This document shows, piece by piece, positions 10,881 through 22,900 of a DNA stretch of 64,000 bases. The DNA is from Cladosporium halotolerans (Eukaryota): contig NW_027191485.1 in NCBI RefSeq assembly GCF_011745625.1, forward strand, positions 1 through 64,000, read 5' to 3'. The notes under the pieces were generated by a model. The model did not search any database. It was not told where the DNA came from and worked only from the letters and a program-made list of their open reading frames with translations. Every line of letters starts with the position of its first letter. Positions within the stretch are counted from its first letter, which is position 1. The position numbers were made by a program, and so were the translations under genes.

Positions 10881-13800
10881 TCAATCATACAAATCCTCCC
10901 CCTCCCCATCCCCCTCAATAACCGCCTCCCGACTCTTTCCCTTGCCCTTGCCCTTCCCCTTCCCACTCCCCGCCCTCCCCCCACCATTGATACTCAACTT
11001 ATCCGTCCTAACAACAAAATCATCCTCATCCTCATCCCCACTCCCCCCATCAACCCCCACCGCCCCCTTGCCCTTCCCCTTCCCCTTCGCCTTCTCCGCC
11101 GCCCGCCTTGCCATCAACTCATTGAACCTCTCCCGCGCAAAACCCTTCTCCTTCTCCCCATCCTCCTCTCTAGCCTGCCTCCCCTCTATCTGCTTTAGCT
11201 CCTCCCCGTTCCCATCATCCTCCTTAACACCCCCCTCAAACTGCCCCCTAACCCTCTCATAATGCCTCAGCTCCTCGAAACTAACACTCGGCACGAGCTC
11301 GCGCCTCGCGGCGTCGAAATCCTCCTCCTCGACGAGAACTTCGAGATCAGCCGCTTGCGCGTGGTGGTCGAAGAAGCCCGCGATGGTGACGGGCTGTTTC
11401 CCCGCGCTGGCGCGGGAGGCGTTGAGGGCGGCGACGCGGGCGTCGATGGCGCGCGCGGAGCGCGTGACGGCTTTGAGCATGGCGTCGCTGCAGAGGGCGT
11501 AGAGGTCGGCGCCGGTGAAGGTGAAGGGGAGGGTGGCCGCGATGCGCGGGAGGGAGAGGGTGGGGGAGAGGGTGAATCTGTTTTTTTGTCACTTGTTAGT
11601 CTGGGTTGTGGGGGTTTTGGGGTGGAGGGGTGGGGCTGGCGTACTTGCGGGTGAGAGCCTGCAGGATGGTGGCCTGCTTGTCGTGGGTGTCGCTGATGCC
11701 GAGGTAGAGCATTTTGTCGAAGCGGCCGGGGCGCAGCAGGGCCTGGTCGAGGAGGTCCGGGCGGTTGGTGGCGCCGATGACGAAGACGCCGCCGCCGCCT
11801 CCTTCTTCGCCGTCGCTCATGCCGTCGAGCTCCGCGAGGAGCTGCGAGACGATGCGGTCCATGACGCCGCCGCTGTCGCCCTGGTTGCCGCGCTTGGGGG
11901 CGACGGAGTCGAGCTCGTCGAAGAAGACGACGCAGGGCCGGGCGTCGCGGGCGCGCTGGAAGACACGGCGGACGTTGGCCTCGGACTCGCCGATGTACAT
12001 GTTGAGGAGCTCGGGGCCCTTGACGGAGAAGAAGTTGAGGCTGAATTCGGTCGCGATGGCTTTGGCGAGGAGCGTCTTGCCTGTGCCTGGGGGGCCGTAG
12101 AAGAGGATGCCGCTGCGCTTTTTGAGGCCCTTGGCGAAGAGCTCGGGTCTGGATAATGGCAGTTGGATGGTTTCGGAGACTGCGTCTTTGACGTGCGTGA
12201 GACCACCGACGTCGGACCACTGGACGTTCGGGATCTTGGGCGCTCCGATGGAGTCGGCGAAGTTCTTCCTCGCCAGGTCGACTGCACTGTCGAAGTCTTG
12301 GGCCAATAGACAAGTCGAGGCGCTACCGCCAGACAACCGCAGGTCTTTTTGCGTCACGGGGTAGCCGAGTGCCTGGGTGGCAGAATCGCAGAGCGCAGTA
12401 ACGCGAGCTTGACGGGCTGTCAAAGCGCGAGCAGCAACATCGACCAGATCTCCCGCAACAAGCGCAGCTGTTTTGACAGCGATCGAAGCAAGATCTACAT
12501 CCGGCGCGAGAGGGATTGCCGAGGAAGCAAGAATCTCCCTCATGATGCCCTCGCGCTCGCCTTCGTCTGGCGCAGACATCTCAAGCTCGTGCGTGAACAA
12601 GCCTCGTACGGAGTCGGGGATCTTGTCGATATCCGTAGTCGTCGCTACGAGCACACGAGCGCGAGACAGAATGTCTTTCAGGGAAGACGCAATGCGCTCC
12701 GACGGTAGCTGTTCGAGGTGCTTGATGCAGATCGCCGTGTGCTCACCACCGCACTCCAGAGCGCGAGCGCAGCGTGCTTCGAGCAGTCCCTGTGTCTGCA
12801 CGTCAACGCCGGATCCGCCCTCAGAAGCAATGTCGAATGCATCGATGGCGAAGAAGTGCATGCCCAAGTCCGCACAGACTCTCTGTGCGCTGTAAGTCTT
12901 TCCTATACTACGCTGGGTGGACGTAAGTAGCACGGTAAGCGGCGGCAGTCCGAGGTGTATGGCACGAGGGCTGATGGTAACGGACATGAGCTCGCGCAGG
13001 CGGCGTTGCAAGGCAGAAATGTACGCTTCCGGGGCTTCAGGTGGTCCAGATCCAACAGCTCCAACCTTATTGTTAGATTTCCGCACACCAAGGTAGTATT
13101 GCCAGGGATTCGTCGATGTAGAGGGAAGCTTCCGCTTGTCGTCGCCGGATTGCCTGACAGCAGTTGCTGAAGGGTCGATAGACGCCGCTCCGCCCCACGC
13201 GTCCATGGTGTCGGTGGAATCCACTTCTGCTGGTGGAGCCTTGACACCTTCCACCGTGAACCACGCGATGGCAGCAGATTTGCCCGTGTCGCGGCGTTGC
13301 TGTGCGCTCCATTTGTACATGGCTCCCACTCCGTCGTTTCCGTCCTGCTCTGCTTCGCCTTCGTAGAGAGAGCGTCCGAGAGACTCGTCGATGGGGATGG
13401 CGATGAGGTCTCCGTCCTTGACGATGCGCTGTCTTCGCTCAAGGTGCTCTTTGAGATTGGTGAAAAGCATGTTGTTCAGTGCTCTCTCACTCGACACTGG
13501 TGTGACGAGCTTACGCAGTGTCATCTCGGACGCCACTGGGGGAGCTTGTGGGTTCGCGGAGTTTGGCCTCCCCGAAGCATTACGTTTGAGGGTCGGACGA
13601 CGGGTTACAGGTAAGGGAGAAACACTGACGTGCGTTGGCGAGTTCAAGTTTGCCAACAAGACGGGCGACAGGTACACAGTAGCCACGTTGGCTGAGTTCG
13701 TGACCAGCGATGAGATGCTGTCACGTCGCCCGCGCTTACCCGTGTTGACCTGATACCGCTGCGGCTTCTTCGCCATGTTCTCGGGCAACCCATACACCTT

Positions 13801-15234
13801 CACCGGCCTCCACTTAGACTTCTCGGCATGCTCCTCGAAGCCGGCGAAAGCGCTAAAGTGAGGCAGCATCTGGCTCTGCGACTCTTCGATCGTAATCCAG
13901 TCGCCAGAGAAGCAGCCCAGACGTGCTAGAGAATTGGGGTCGACGTACGCCCTGGCTTCTTCGTCTTCCTCTGCGGCAGGTCGCGGGTGCAGGAGTTCGT
14001 CAGGGATGGGTTCGAGCAAGCCTTGGGCACGGAAGACCTTGCTTTTCGGTGCACGAGTGCCGCGGACGGTACTGCTGCTCATATGCGAGAATACAGATCC
14101 AGGAGTTGCAGCTCCGCCGAGTCTGTCGCCGAATGGTCTCGGTGTTGCAGAAGTCCTGACTGAACTGAGGCCAGACGGCTGGTCAGAGAGCCCAGGTCTT
14201 GCCAGAGAAATCATGTCGTCTGAATCGTCCGAAAGATTGCTGTCTTCGGTGCCCGAAGTGAATAGATCGTCAGTGTTGGAGAAATCGGTGGCAGACTTGG
14301 AGACGACGACTGGCTTGGCTGGGGACTCTGTTGCCGAGAAAAACGTCTCGTTCGAAGCATCTTCGTCTTCCGTTTCCTCTGGCAGGCGAGGGGACAGCAA
14401 GCCGCGGTTGCCAGCATTCGGTTGCTGTCTATCCGTGGCGGAGACAATGACGACTTTTGTGGCAGCAGTGAGTACACCCTGCGACACCGGCTCGCACGCA
14501 AGAACTTTCGCAGGTGGTGCGCGGGCATGTGTGATAGGGTGTGACAGAGCCAGAGGAAGTTGGTCTCCAGTATGCACAATCAGCGTGCCTTGAAGAGATT
14601 GCTCCACGAGTTTCCTCCTCCGCTCTTCGTTGTCCTCCTTGTTTGACTCGCCATCCTGGCTGAATGACCTCTTCCCACCTCTTGCCGGAGCCAGGTGTCC
14701 ATTGGCGCCTGACGAGCCCCCAGAGAACTTCTTCTGCGCCTCTTCAAGCTTCTGCAACGCTAGGATGTCTACGCTCACGAACACCGTCTCCAATGGAAGG
14801 GGCACCACATCGCTGACTCTTATCTCCACGGCAGCGTTCTGTCTGAGCGTTTTGTTTGGCGAAACTGCCTGGAAAAGGCTGACAATGCTCTGCGTGTTGA
14901 AAGCTCCAGCTGGGAAGCGAACGGTGTTGTTCGGTAAAGGCTTGTCGTTCCATTTCCTAGTTACCGCAATCGGTATTACCGTCCACAGTGCATCGGGAGC
15001 ATGCGGATTCGGCGTCCAGGGCGTAATGGCCACACTGATGTGCTCCTGCTTTCCCGGAATTCCACTCGCAGGTGGGGGTCCTTTAGGGTATAGTTGTTGC
15101 AGCAGGTCTTCGGAGACGACACCCAGCTCGCCCTTGACGGTGCTGTCGAGATACAGACGTGCGGACAAGGCGGGCTTGTCCTCGCGGCGGCGTTTGCGTT
15201 TGAGCGTGCCGGTTGTTGGATAGTCGTAGACCAT
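10881..15234 (-). CDS. PEX6: Peroxisomal biogenesis AAA ATPase Pex6; intron 11578-11644
   Basis: [95 protein letters not shown], then FTGADLYALCSDAML after the intron. Confidence 0.96.
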
Positions 15235-15363
15235 ATTTGCGATATATGTCGCCCGTCCAGGATTGCTGTATCGGCAAGGTGGTTTTTAGAATGCTCGCGC
15301 ACACGAAGCGCGTCACAAGCTGGCCGTCGTGTCCCTCCACGGATTCGCAGAGCACGAATCCAG

Positions 15364-15396
15364 CCGAGGTGTCGGTCGGTCGGTCAAACGCCGAGG
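15364..15396. promoter_or_regulatory. Two CCGAGG (CCTCGG) motifs, candidate FarA/FarB fatty-acid/peroxisome regulator sites upstream of PEX6
   Basis: GCCGAGGT occurs twice (cores 15364-15369 and 15391-15396), 130-160 nt upstream of the PEX6 ATG. CCTCGG is the known Far-binding core in Aspergillus peroxisomal genes. Hexamers are weak evidence in GC-rich DNA. Confidence 0.35.
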
Positions 15397-16377
15397 TCCC
15401 TGCAGGCGGGCTGTCAATCGATTGACTCACGGATTCACAAGCACCGTATTAATCAATCGCGGATCAAATTACTTGAGAAGGACATGGCGATGCTTAGAGG
15501 TCCAGCAGCAGCGCACGTCTCGCCCTTCTAGGCCATTAAGCTTCTGATGGCTCGTTCGCGCATTGAGCTACAGCAAACAGAGCTTCTCCTCACATGCTCG
15601 CAGGTACCAAGCTGCACCGCGTTACGCAGACGCGACGGATCCCTCCTGACTGGCGAGCACGGCTCGGGCCTATCCAGAATCAACACAGGGTATCTGCCAA
15701 TCTGCCATCCTTGCGGCGGTACGTGACGAGTGAACCAAGATACATCTCGTCAGCATTATAACATCTGTACGCATGCGCACGGCCGTGGGTGTACAATCAG
15801 TTCGGATCTGCCTCAATCACCAAGAATGGAGTGCACCTCGATAGACCTGCGATTTCGGCACTCATGCTATGGAGACTGGTGTCTGCCAGTCCTAGATAGG
15901 GTCTGACGCAGCAACCCGGCACGCTCGGTTCACGCCGTTCCACAAGTCAACCAGTCGGCAGCGGCGACAGGCAAGTCTCTTCCGTGCCGCCACAGGCTGT
16001 GGATCGCGGACGACAGCACATGGCGGGCGGGCCTACGTCATCCGATCACTTCGAAGGCGGCTGGCAGGGTACGTCCGCCGATCTACCCACTCAACCGCAG
16101 CGGTAGATCCCACTCGAGTCGCATGCAGATCGCTTGACAGGCCGTGTTGGAGATTACTTCAACAGCGTAGCCGCGCCACGGGCGCCTCGCAGCACAGGTT
16201 GAGGTTTCCTGCTTTCTTTTGTTTCCTTGTCGTCTCACGTTGCTGCTGCGCTTCGGTTCACCAACACAGGCGCGTCGTTGTCCGTCGTATGCTTTTCAGC
16301 AAGAGCATACGATTGCCGGTCTCGTCGGCGCATACACCTAGCATTCGGCCACTCGCCCACGCGACCTACCAGCAAAG

Positions 16378-18951
16378 ATGCCTCACAGCGAAATGACGAC
16401 TCCCAACGGATGCGATGACGAATTGAAAGCAAAATACGAACGCGAGTACGCCGCGCAATCCGAACGCCTAGCCCACCTGCGACCAAGTCAAGAAGATGCG
16501 ACAACGGGCAACACCCAAGCCACCGGAGCCAAATTCGTGACGCCTCACGATCCGATCGTGCAGACGGAGCAGGGGCCGTTACCCGTGGTGCCCATCGACG
16601 AGGCACTCAAGCTCAATCGGCTGAAAGACCGACTGGAAGACCGTGAGCCGCAAGGGCTGCCATGCAGCAATATCCGTCAAGAGAGGGGCGGCGCGATACA
16701 CGGGACCATGCCGCCGGATAGAGAAGCTATTGAAGCGAGCAAAGACCCCGGAGCTCCCTTGGGAGAGGCGGTGCCGGCGTCCAGCACGAATCCGTTGTTC
16801 CCTCCGCTTCCCATGTATGGGCCGCCTAGTCCGTTGCGGACGTTGCAATGCTGGTTCTTTCGATTCTCGAGTGCGATACTCTCCTTCTGCTTCTTGTTGA
16901 CTATTGTGGCTGGTGCTGCTGTCACCAGTGTCCCCAAAATCTGGCGTCGCATTAGGTACTTGGTCGTGCTGAAGAATCCGGACAGAGAACGGCCATTCTA
17001 TGAGGAGGAAAAGAAAAGAGCTAAAGCAAGGAAAGCTGCCGCGGCTGCTTGGGTGAAGCAAAAGCAGGGCAAAGGTGTGCAGACACCCGGTCTTGAAAGC
17101 GCGCTGGAGAAGGAAACAGAGTGGGTTCCTACGGAAGGCGGTCCTGATCCTATTGTATGCGACATACGGTATTACGCCCGCCGCGTTGGTCTTGATGCGG
17201 AGGTCTTCGACGTTCAGACAGAGGATGGATTTGTGATCGATCTATGGCATGTCTACGACCCACGCGAGTACCGTCCGGTATCCCCCGAACACCACAAGAT
17301 GGGCTCGCCTGACCTCTTCCGCACAAAGTCATCCGATTCCTCTTTTGCCGAGGCGCAAGCCTCATACCCGTCTAACCAGAAGAAGTACCCTGTGTTGATG
17401 ATCCACGGTCTGCTGCAATCAGCCGGAGCATATTGCTGCAACGACGACGACAGTCTGGCTTTCTTCCTGGCTAAATCAGGCTATGATGTCTGGCTCGGAA
17501 ACAACCGCTGCGGATTCAAACCCCGTCACACCTCACTCAAGTACGAAGACCCCAGAATGTGGGCCTGGAATATCCGCCAGATGGGAGTCATGGACCTACC
17601 TGCCCTGATCAGCCGCGTGCTCGGCGAGACCGGTTTCTCCAAGCTCGGCCTCATCGCCCACTCGCAAGGAACCACCCAAACGCTCGTCGCCCTAGCCAAA
17701 GAACAACGCCCAGACATCGGCGACAAGATCTCCGTCTTCTGCGCCCTCGCGCCCGCCGTCTACGCCGGCCCCCTCATCGGCAAAATCTACTTCAAAATCA
17801 TGCGCGTCATCTCCCCCAGCCTCTTCCGCCTCATCTTCGGCATCCACTCCTTCATCCCGCTCATGATGCACGCGCACGCCACCATGCACGCCGGCTGGTA
17901 CGGCTGGATGGGCTACATGGTCTTCAGCTTCCTCTTCAACTGGTCCGACAGCCGCTGGGACCGTGGGCTCCGCGACCGCATGTTCCAGTTCGCCCCCGTC
18001 TTCGTCTCCTCCGAGAGCATGCGCTGGTGGCTCGGCCGCGAGTGCTTCGCGAAGCAGAAGTGCATCCTCGCCACCCGGGAAGAAGGCAAGCTCGAGGACC
18101 GCGAGGACGAGGAGGACGACGAGGTCATCGCGCGCCACTACGTCGACCGCGAGCCCCACGTCTCGCCGCGCCGCAAGCTGCAGCGCAACCTGTCCTCCTT
18201 CCACTGCCAGACGCTCACGCACCAGCACCACGACGCCTCGCGCGCCAAGTACTCGTGGTACGACTCGCATTTCCCGCCGCTGGCGCTGTGGGTCTGCGGC
18301 GCGGACGACCTCGTCGACGGGAGGCGGCTGCTGCGCCGCTTTGACCGCGGCCGCGAGCCGAGCGTGCGCATCGTGCACAAGAAGATCGTCGAGGGCTACG
18401 AGCACCTCGACGTCATCTGGGCGATGGACATGATTGAGAAGGTTGGCAAGGAGATCCGCGAGGTCATTTGGCGGACGGTGGGCGAGGAAGACAGAGCGCG
18501 CTGCCGCGTGCCGGTCGAGTGTGAGGAGGAGATCGAGGTGCATCCGGATGATGCGGCGGGGCAGGAGAGGGCGAGGCGGGCGAGTTTGGCGAGTGCGGGC
18601 GGGCCGGGGAGGGGTGGGAGGAGGCCGAGGATGGAGTCGATTTCGGAGTCGCCGGATAAGAGGCCGGTGGAGGTGGATGGGGAGAAGCCGCGGGTTGAGA
18701 CGGAGATTGATGCTACGAGGGGCGACTGGGCGGAGGAGAACAAGGAGCTGCAGAGTGATAGGCAGAAGAAGAACGCGGAGATGATGGATGGGTTCGAGGA
18801 GGAACGGGTTGAGAACGCCGCGGCGGGCGAGGAGGAAGGTGTTGAGGCTAAGGATATGGTTTCGGGTCAGACGGTGCCTAAGAAGAGGGAGAGGAAGTGG
18901 TCTGAGGCTAAGTTTACTGATATTGAGGAGAAGGCGAATCCTCTTGAATAG
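16378..18951 (+). CDS. Alpha/beta-hydrolase lipase/sterol esterase (Tgl1/Yeh-like) with N-terminal TM segment
   Basis: VQTEDGFVIDLW (abhydro_lipase), PVLMIHGLLQS, GYDVWLGNNR, nucleophile AHSQG, Asp ADDLVD, His YEHLD. Confidence 0.9.
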   Translation: MPHSEMTTPNGCDDELKAKYEREYAAQSERLAHLRPSQEDATTGNTQATGAKFVTPHDPIVQTEQGPLPVVPIDEALKLNRLKDRLEDREPQGLPCSNIRQERGGAIHGTMPPDREAIEASKDPGAPLGEAVPASSTNPLFPPLPMYGPPSPLRTLQCWFFRFSSAILSFCFLLTIVAGAAVTSVPKIWRRIRYLVVLKNPDRERPFYEEEKKRAKARKAAAAAWVKQKQGKGVQTPGLESALEKETEWVPTEGGPDPIVCDIRYYARRVGLDAEVFDVQTEDGFVIDLWHVYDPREYRPVSPEHHKMGSPDLFRTKSSDSSFAEAQASYPSNQKKYPVLMIHGLLQSAGAYCCNDDDSLAFFLAKSGYDVWLGNNRCGFKPRHTSLKYEDPRMWAWNIRQMGVMDLPALISRVLGETGFSKLGLIAHSQGTTQTLVALAKEQRPDIGDKISVFCALAPAVYAGPLIGKIYFKIMRVISPSLFRLIFGIHSFIPLMMHAHATMHAGWYGWMGYMVFSFLFNWSDSRWDRGLRDRMFQFAPVFVSSESMRWWLGRECFAKQKCILATREEGKLEDREDEEDDEVIARHYVDREPHVSPRRKLQRNLSSFHCQTLTHQHHDASRAKYSWYDSHFPPLALWVCGADDLVDGRRLLRRFDRGREPSVRIVHKKIVEGYEHLDVIWAMDMIEKVGKEIREVIWRTVGEEDRARCRVPVECEEEIEVHPDDAAGQERARRASLASAGGPGRGGRRPRMESISESPDKRPVEVDGEKPRVETEIDATRGDWAEENKELQSDRQKKNAEMMDGFEEERVENAAAGEEEGVEAKDMVSGQTVPKKRERKWSEAKFTDIEEKANPLE

Positions 18952-19999
18952 CCTGATCGAACAATTAATAATGAGAACGCCTTGAACATTTACTCTCCTT
19001 GGCGATTTGACGTTCTGGAAACCAGCGCTCCTGAAAGCACCACCGTAAAGAGGAGACGCCCTAGTATTCTAACTCAATATGGCGACCTGAGACCGCCGCT
19101 CTCAATAGGCTCGTCCCCTGCTTCTGACTTTATGGTGCCTGAAAGCACCACCAGCGATTCGAGAAACTGACTTTCCAGACCAGATGATAGCGATTCAGGA
19201 GGCCCTAGCATGAGGCCTCTCAATGGACACATCTCCGTTTGATAATGCATCTATATCCAATTGCAGTAATACCATGGGTTAGACAACCCTCAATTCATCA
19301 GATGACGTGATGCTCCCCATTCATGTATTGAAATCAGCCTGTGCGACTCTTGCGAAATCACGTTCCCCTAGCTGCAAATGGTCCCGCAGCAATTCTGCAG
19401 CGACAACAGGTGCCAGGTGCCGCCCTGGACTGGATCACCCAGGCCCAGAGGTTGAGCCACCACCACTGGGGAGCTGGACTTCGCAGCTCGGCGGTGGAGG
19501 CGAGCACTGTCTCTCGAATGATTGCGACCTGCATTAGAGCCTATGCGCACTGGAAGCACCGCAGTGAGTCGGAGAGACTGGTCTCAGAGACTATCAAAAG
19601 CATGTGATAAGCGTCGCGAGAGGCTCGACGTGATCGCTCTCAATAGCCGACCGTCTGATTTGGAGTGTATGGCTGACGGCCGTAGCACGATCAATTATTA
19701 TTAGACGATGCCTCGAGTATGAAATCACGAGATGCTTACCATGCGGACATGGAAGTGAGCTGCGTGCCTCTACGCGGCATCATATTCTCTCACGCAGGCC
19801 TGAAGCGGAAATCCTTGGGCGAGGACACAAGACTATCCGGTTACGATACGAATAAGAATACTATCCTTCTCTCCGATCTCAATCTATTGGTACAGGGGTA
19901 TGTCCACACTCACACTCTTTCACTTTCACACCGACTCCAAAAAAACAAAAACAGAAAAAAGCAAAGACACGAACTACTCCTCGCAAACCCCAACCCAAC

Positions 20000-22900
20000 T
20001 CACAACTCACCTCCACCCCTCCCAAAAACCCTCTCCCCCCTCAAAACAACCTGCCCCTCATCCCCCTCACAATGCACCGCCGCCATGCCCCTATCGTCCG
20101 CAAACATCACGCTCTTCCCCCACAGCGTCCAACCCCCGCCCCGCCTCGGCACTAGCATCCACAGCCTCGCGAGATGCACATAGTCCACATCGAGCAGCAC
20201 GCTCGGCACCGCCGCCGCGATCTCCCCCGCGCCGCCGACGACAGGCGGCCTGAACGTCAGCACGCAGCCGCCGCCCCTCGTCCGCGCGACGACCGGCCGC
20301 CACGCCTCGGGCGCGCGCAGCTGGCGCTGCGGCAGGCCGCGGATGACGAGGAAGTTGGCGAAGTCCATCAGGAACCCCGCGGCGCGGTCGGCCCAGTCCG
20401 TCTTGGGCCAGTCGCTGCCCTCGGGGCTCGAGGTGCTGCGCAGCGCGACGAGCAGCCAGACGGCGGGCTGCAAGTCGAGCTTGAAGCGGGAGACGCCGTG
20501 GCGGGCGCAGACCTGCGCGATCCAGTCCGGGCCGGCGGCGAAGGCGCACGCGAGGGTCTGGGCGTAGACTTCGCGCATGGGGCCGAAGGAGGCGGTGGCC
20601 TGGGCGTCGTGCAGCAGGTAGCGCTTGCGGTGGCGGCCGAGCTTGCGGGCTTCGCAGGTGGCGAGGAAGGAGGTGGCGAGGGTCAGGAGGGAGGGGTCGG
20701 AGGGGGCGTGGTGGAGGTTTGTGGAGGGGAGGAGGTGCAGGTCGAGCTGGATGTAGTGGGCGGCGTGGGAGAGGCCGGTGGTGAGGGGGAGGGTGGGCGG
20801 GAGGCGGTCGAGGGTTTTGTAGTTGTTGAGGCCGGCGTCGACGTTGGTGGGTTCGAAGAGCCAGCTGGAGATGGCGGAGGGGGTGTGGTGGGAGGTGTGG
20901 GGAGGCGGGAGGTGCATGGGTTTGCCGACGGAGCAGAGAGCGCCCGGGTCGCGGGCGGCGAGGGCGAGGAGGAGGAGGGAGTAGTAGCAGTCTTCTTTTG
21001 ACATGCCGGCGCGGGAGGATCGGAGGTCGTGCTGGAGTGCCAGGCCGCATTCCATGGTGTTGAGGATGATGGATACCTTGTCGCGCCTTGCGTCTGCTTC
21101 GCGCTGGCTTGCAGGAAGTCTAGGATCACCACCAGCCTCCATACCGAACACCTCGGCTACTACCGTTGTGAAATTGCCATGGTGAGAGCTGACATCCAAT
21201 CCAGAGCTGGTGGGCTGTGTGCGGTCCCGGAAGAAAGCATGCAATGCAGGCTTTAGCAATTCGATCTTCGCATCAAAAGGCACTTCCGTGGCAAGCGCAA
21301 GAAGATGCGCAATGCACGAGCTAGTCAGCCTTAGGACTGTTCTCTTGAACGAACCGACAGTACGGCAAGGCAAGAGGAAGACGTGATCGCGAGCAAGCCG
21401 CATCTCGTGCCTACACCAAGCGCGCCGGAACCAGGACGACGAGAGGATCTTTTGCAGCACTTGCAGCAGATCCTCGTGCGTGTCCAGGTACGGCGGCTGG
21501 TGTCTGCGGAAGCGCTTATTAGGCGCCACATGCTTGAGGCTCTCGTACTCCAGCACATGGTTCCTAAGCACCGTGCCTTCGTGCTCTTTCAACTCTAGAT
21601 CGTCCAGAGCAACGACGACAAGTCTGGCGCTGCGATAGACAAGGTCCATTGCGGACATTGAAATCGTCTTCTCATAATCACTGTCTTGGTCGATGCAAAT
21701 TTGGTCCACCCACAAACCTTCGTGGTCCGAAATGCGCTCTTCCCAGACGGCCTGAAGCATCTCTCTTTCGAGAGGAAGCGTGTAATAATCCGGATGTTTC
21801 TCGACGATGTGCTTACGGCGGTAGCTCAGAGCGATGAAAGAGGGATGTGCTTGTCGGACGAAGTGTCGGTTGCTGCAGATCAGGCGGAAAGCGAAGCTCG
21901 CCTTGATGTCTGGCTTTACCATGAAACGCTTCGCTACGTCCACGTCGAGTTGTGCCAGTCTCTGCAACAGGTGCTCGGGATGTTGGTCCTCATCCGAGGA
22001 CGGCTTGAGTAGCCGTGCTTCGTCTGCCAGCTCCAGTTTGTGTACGTGGTCTCTGGGGATCGTCGTCTTGAACCTGAGCATACCAATGTCCTTGACGATG
22101 AGCATAGATTCTGTCCCGCGTGGTTGCGGGAGGTCTGGGTCGGAGTTGTGTCTAAGGTGGCCGGGCAGAGACGCCGCCCGCTTGTGAGCGTGCTCGCCAG
22201 CCAGGACAGCATCGTGATGCTCTTGAGAGAAGAGCACAAGATCGCGCGAGTGGCCTACTGCATGCGGTGAGGGTGACCGACTGGATCCAGACAAAGGCGA
22301 AATAGAGCCATCGCTCGATTCTGGAGCCGGTGGATCGACAGGGCTTTCGAAGCCAGTCGGCCGCTTCACGAGGAGTTGGAATTTCGGGTTCGGGTCATCT
22401 TCATGATGCCCATTGACCTGTGGGACATTGCTGGGCGCTGTGGCGGCACGATGGGATAAGAACCCTGGATCTGGAACCTTTCGATTCGCGGAGATAGTCG
22501 AGGGAGTCCGCCGGTGCTTCCTCGCTGCTGCGTGTGTGCTTCCCTCGTCGTCACTACTCGTCTGGTCCCCGCTGATGTCGTTGCTCCATCCTCTCCAATG
22601 AGAGCCTAAATTGCGAGAGGCTGTAGGGCTGCTGACGGTCAAGAAGTCACCGTCTCGAGGCGAGTCTCCGACACCGCCAAGTATATGTTTGTGCAGATTG
22701 AGAGTCGGACGTCGCGGAAGGCGCGAGTTTGCCTGCGACTTGAACAACGCCACAGCTCTGTTGATCTGCTGTGCCAATCGTACACGGGTAGAAGCCTCTC
22801 TAGGAGCACTTTCGGCCTTCTCGCGCTTCCACTTTGCCGTCTCGTATTGTGCCCTTGTCCGGTCTGCTTCCATCTCAGCGCCTAGCTTGGCTAGCATGGC

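Noticed and set aside
16080..16110. 8-bp inverted repeat GATCTACC...GGTAGATC
   Set aside because: Too short to separate from chance; no MITE ends or RNA family features.
19030..19152. 15-bp direct repeat CCTGAAAGCACCACC (19030 and 19138)
   Set aside because: Only two copies with no flanking element structure; not a CRISPR or a recognisable LTR/TSD.
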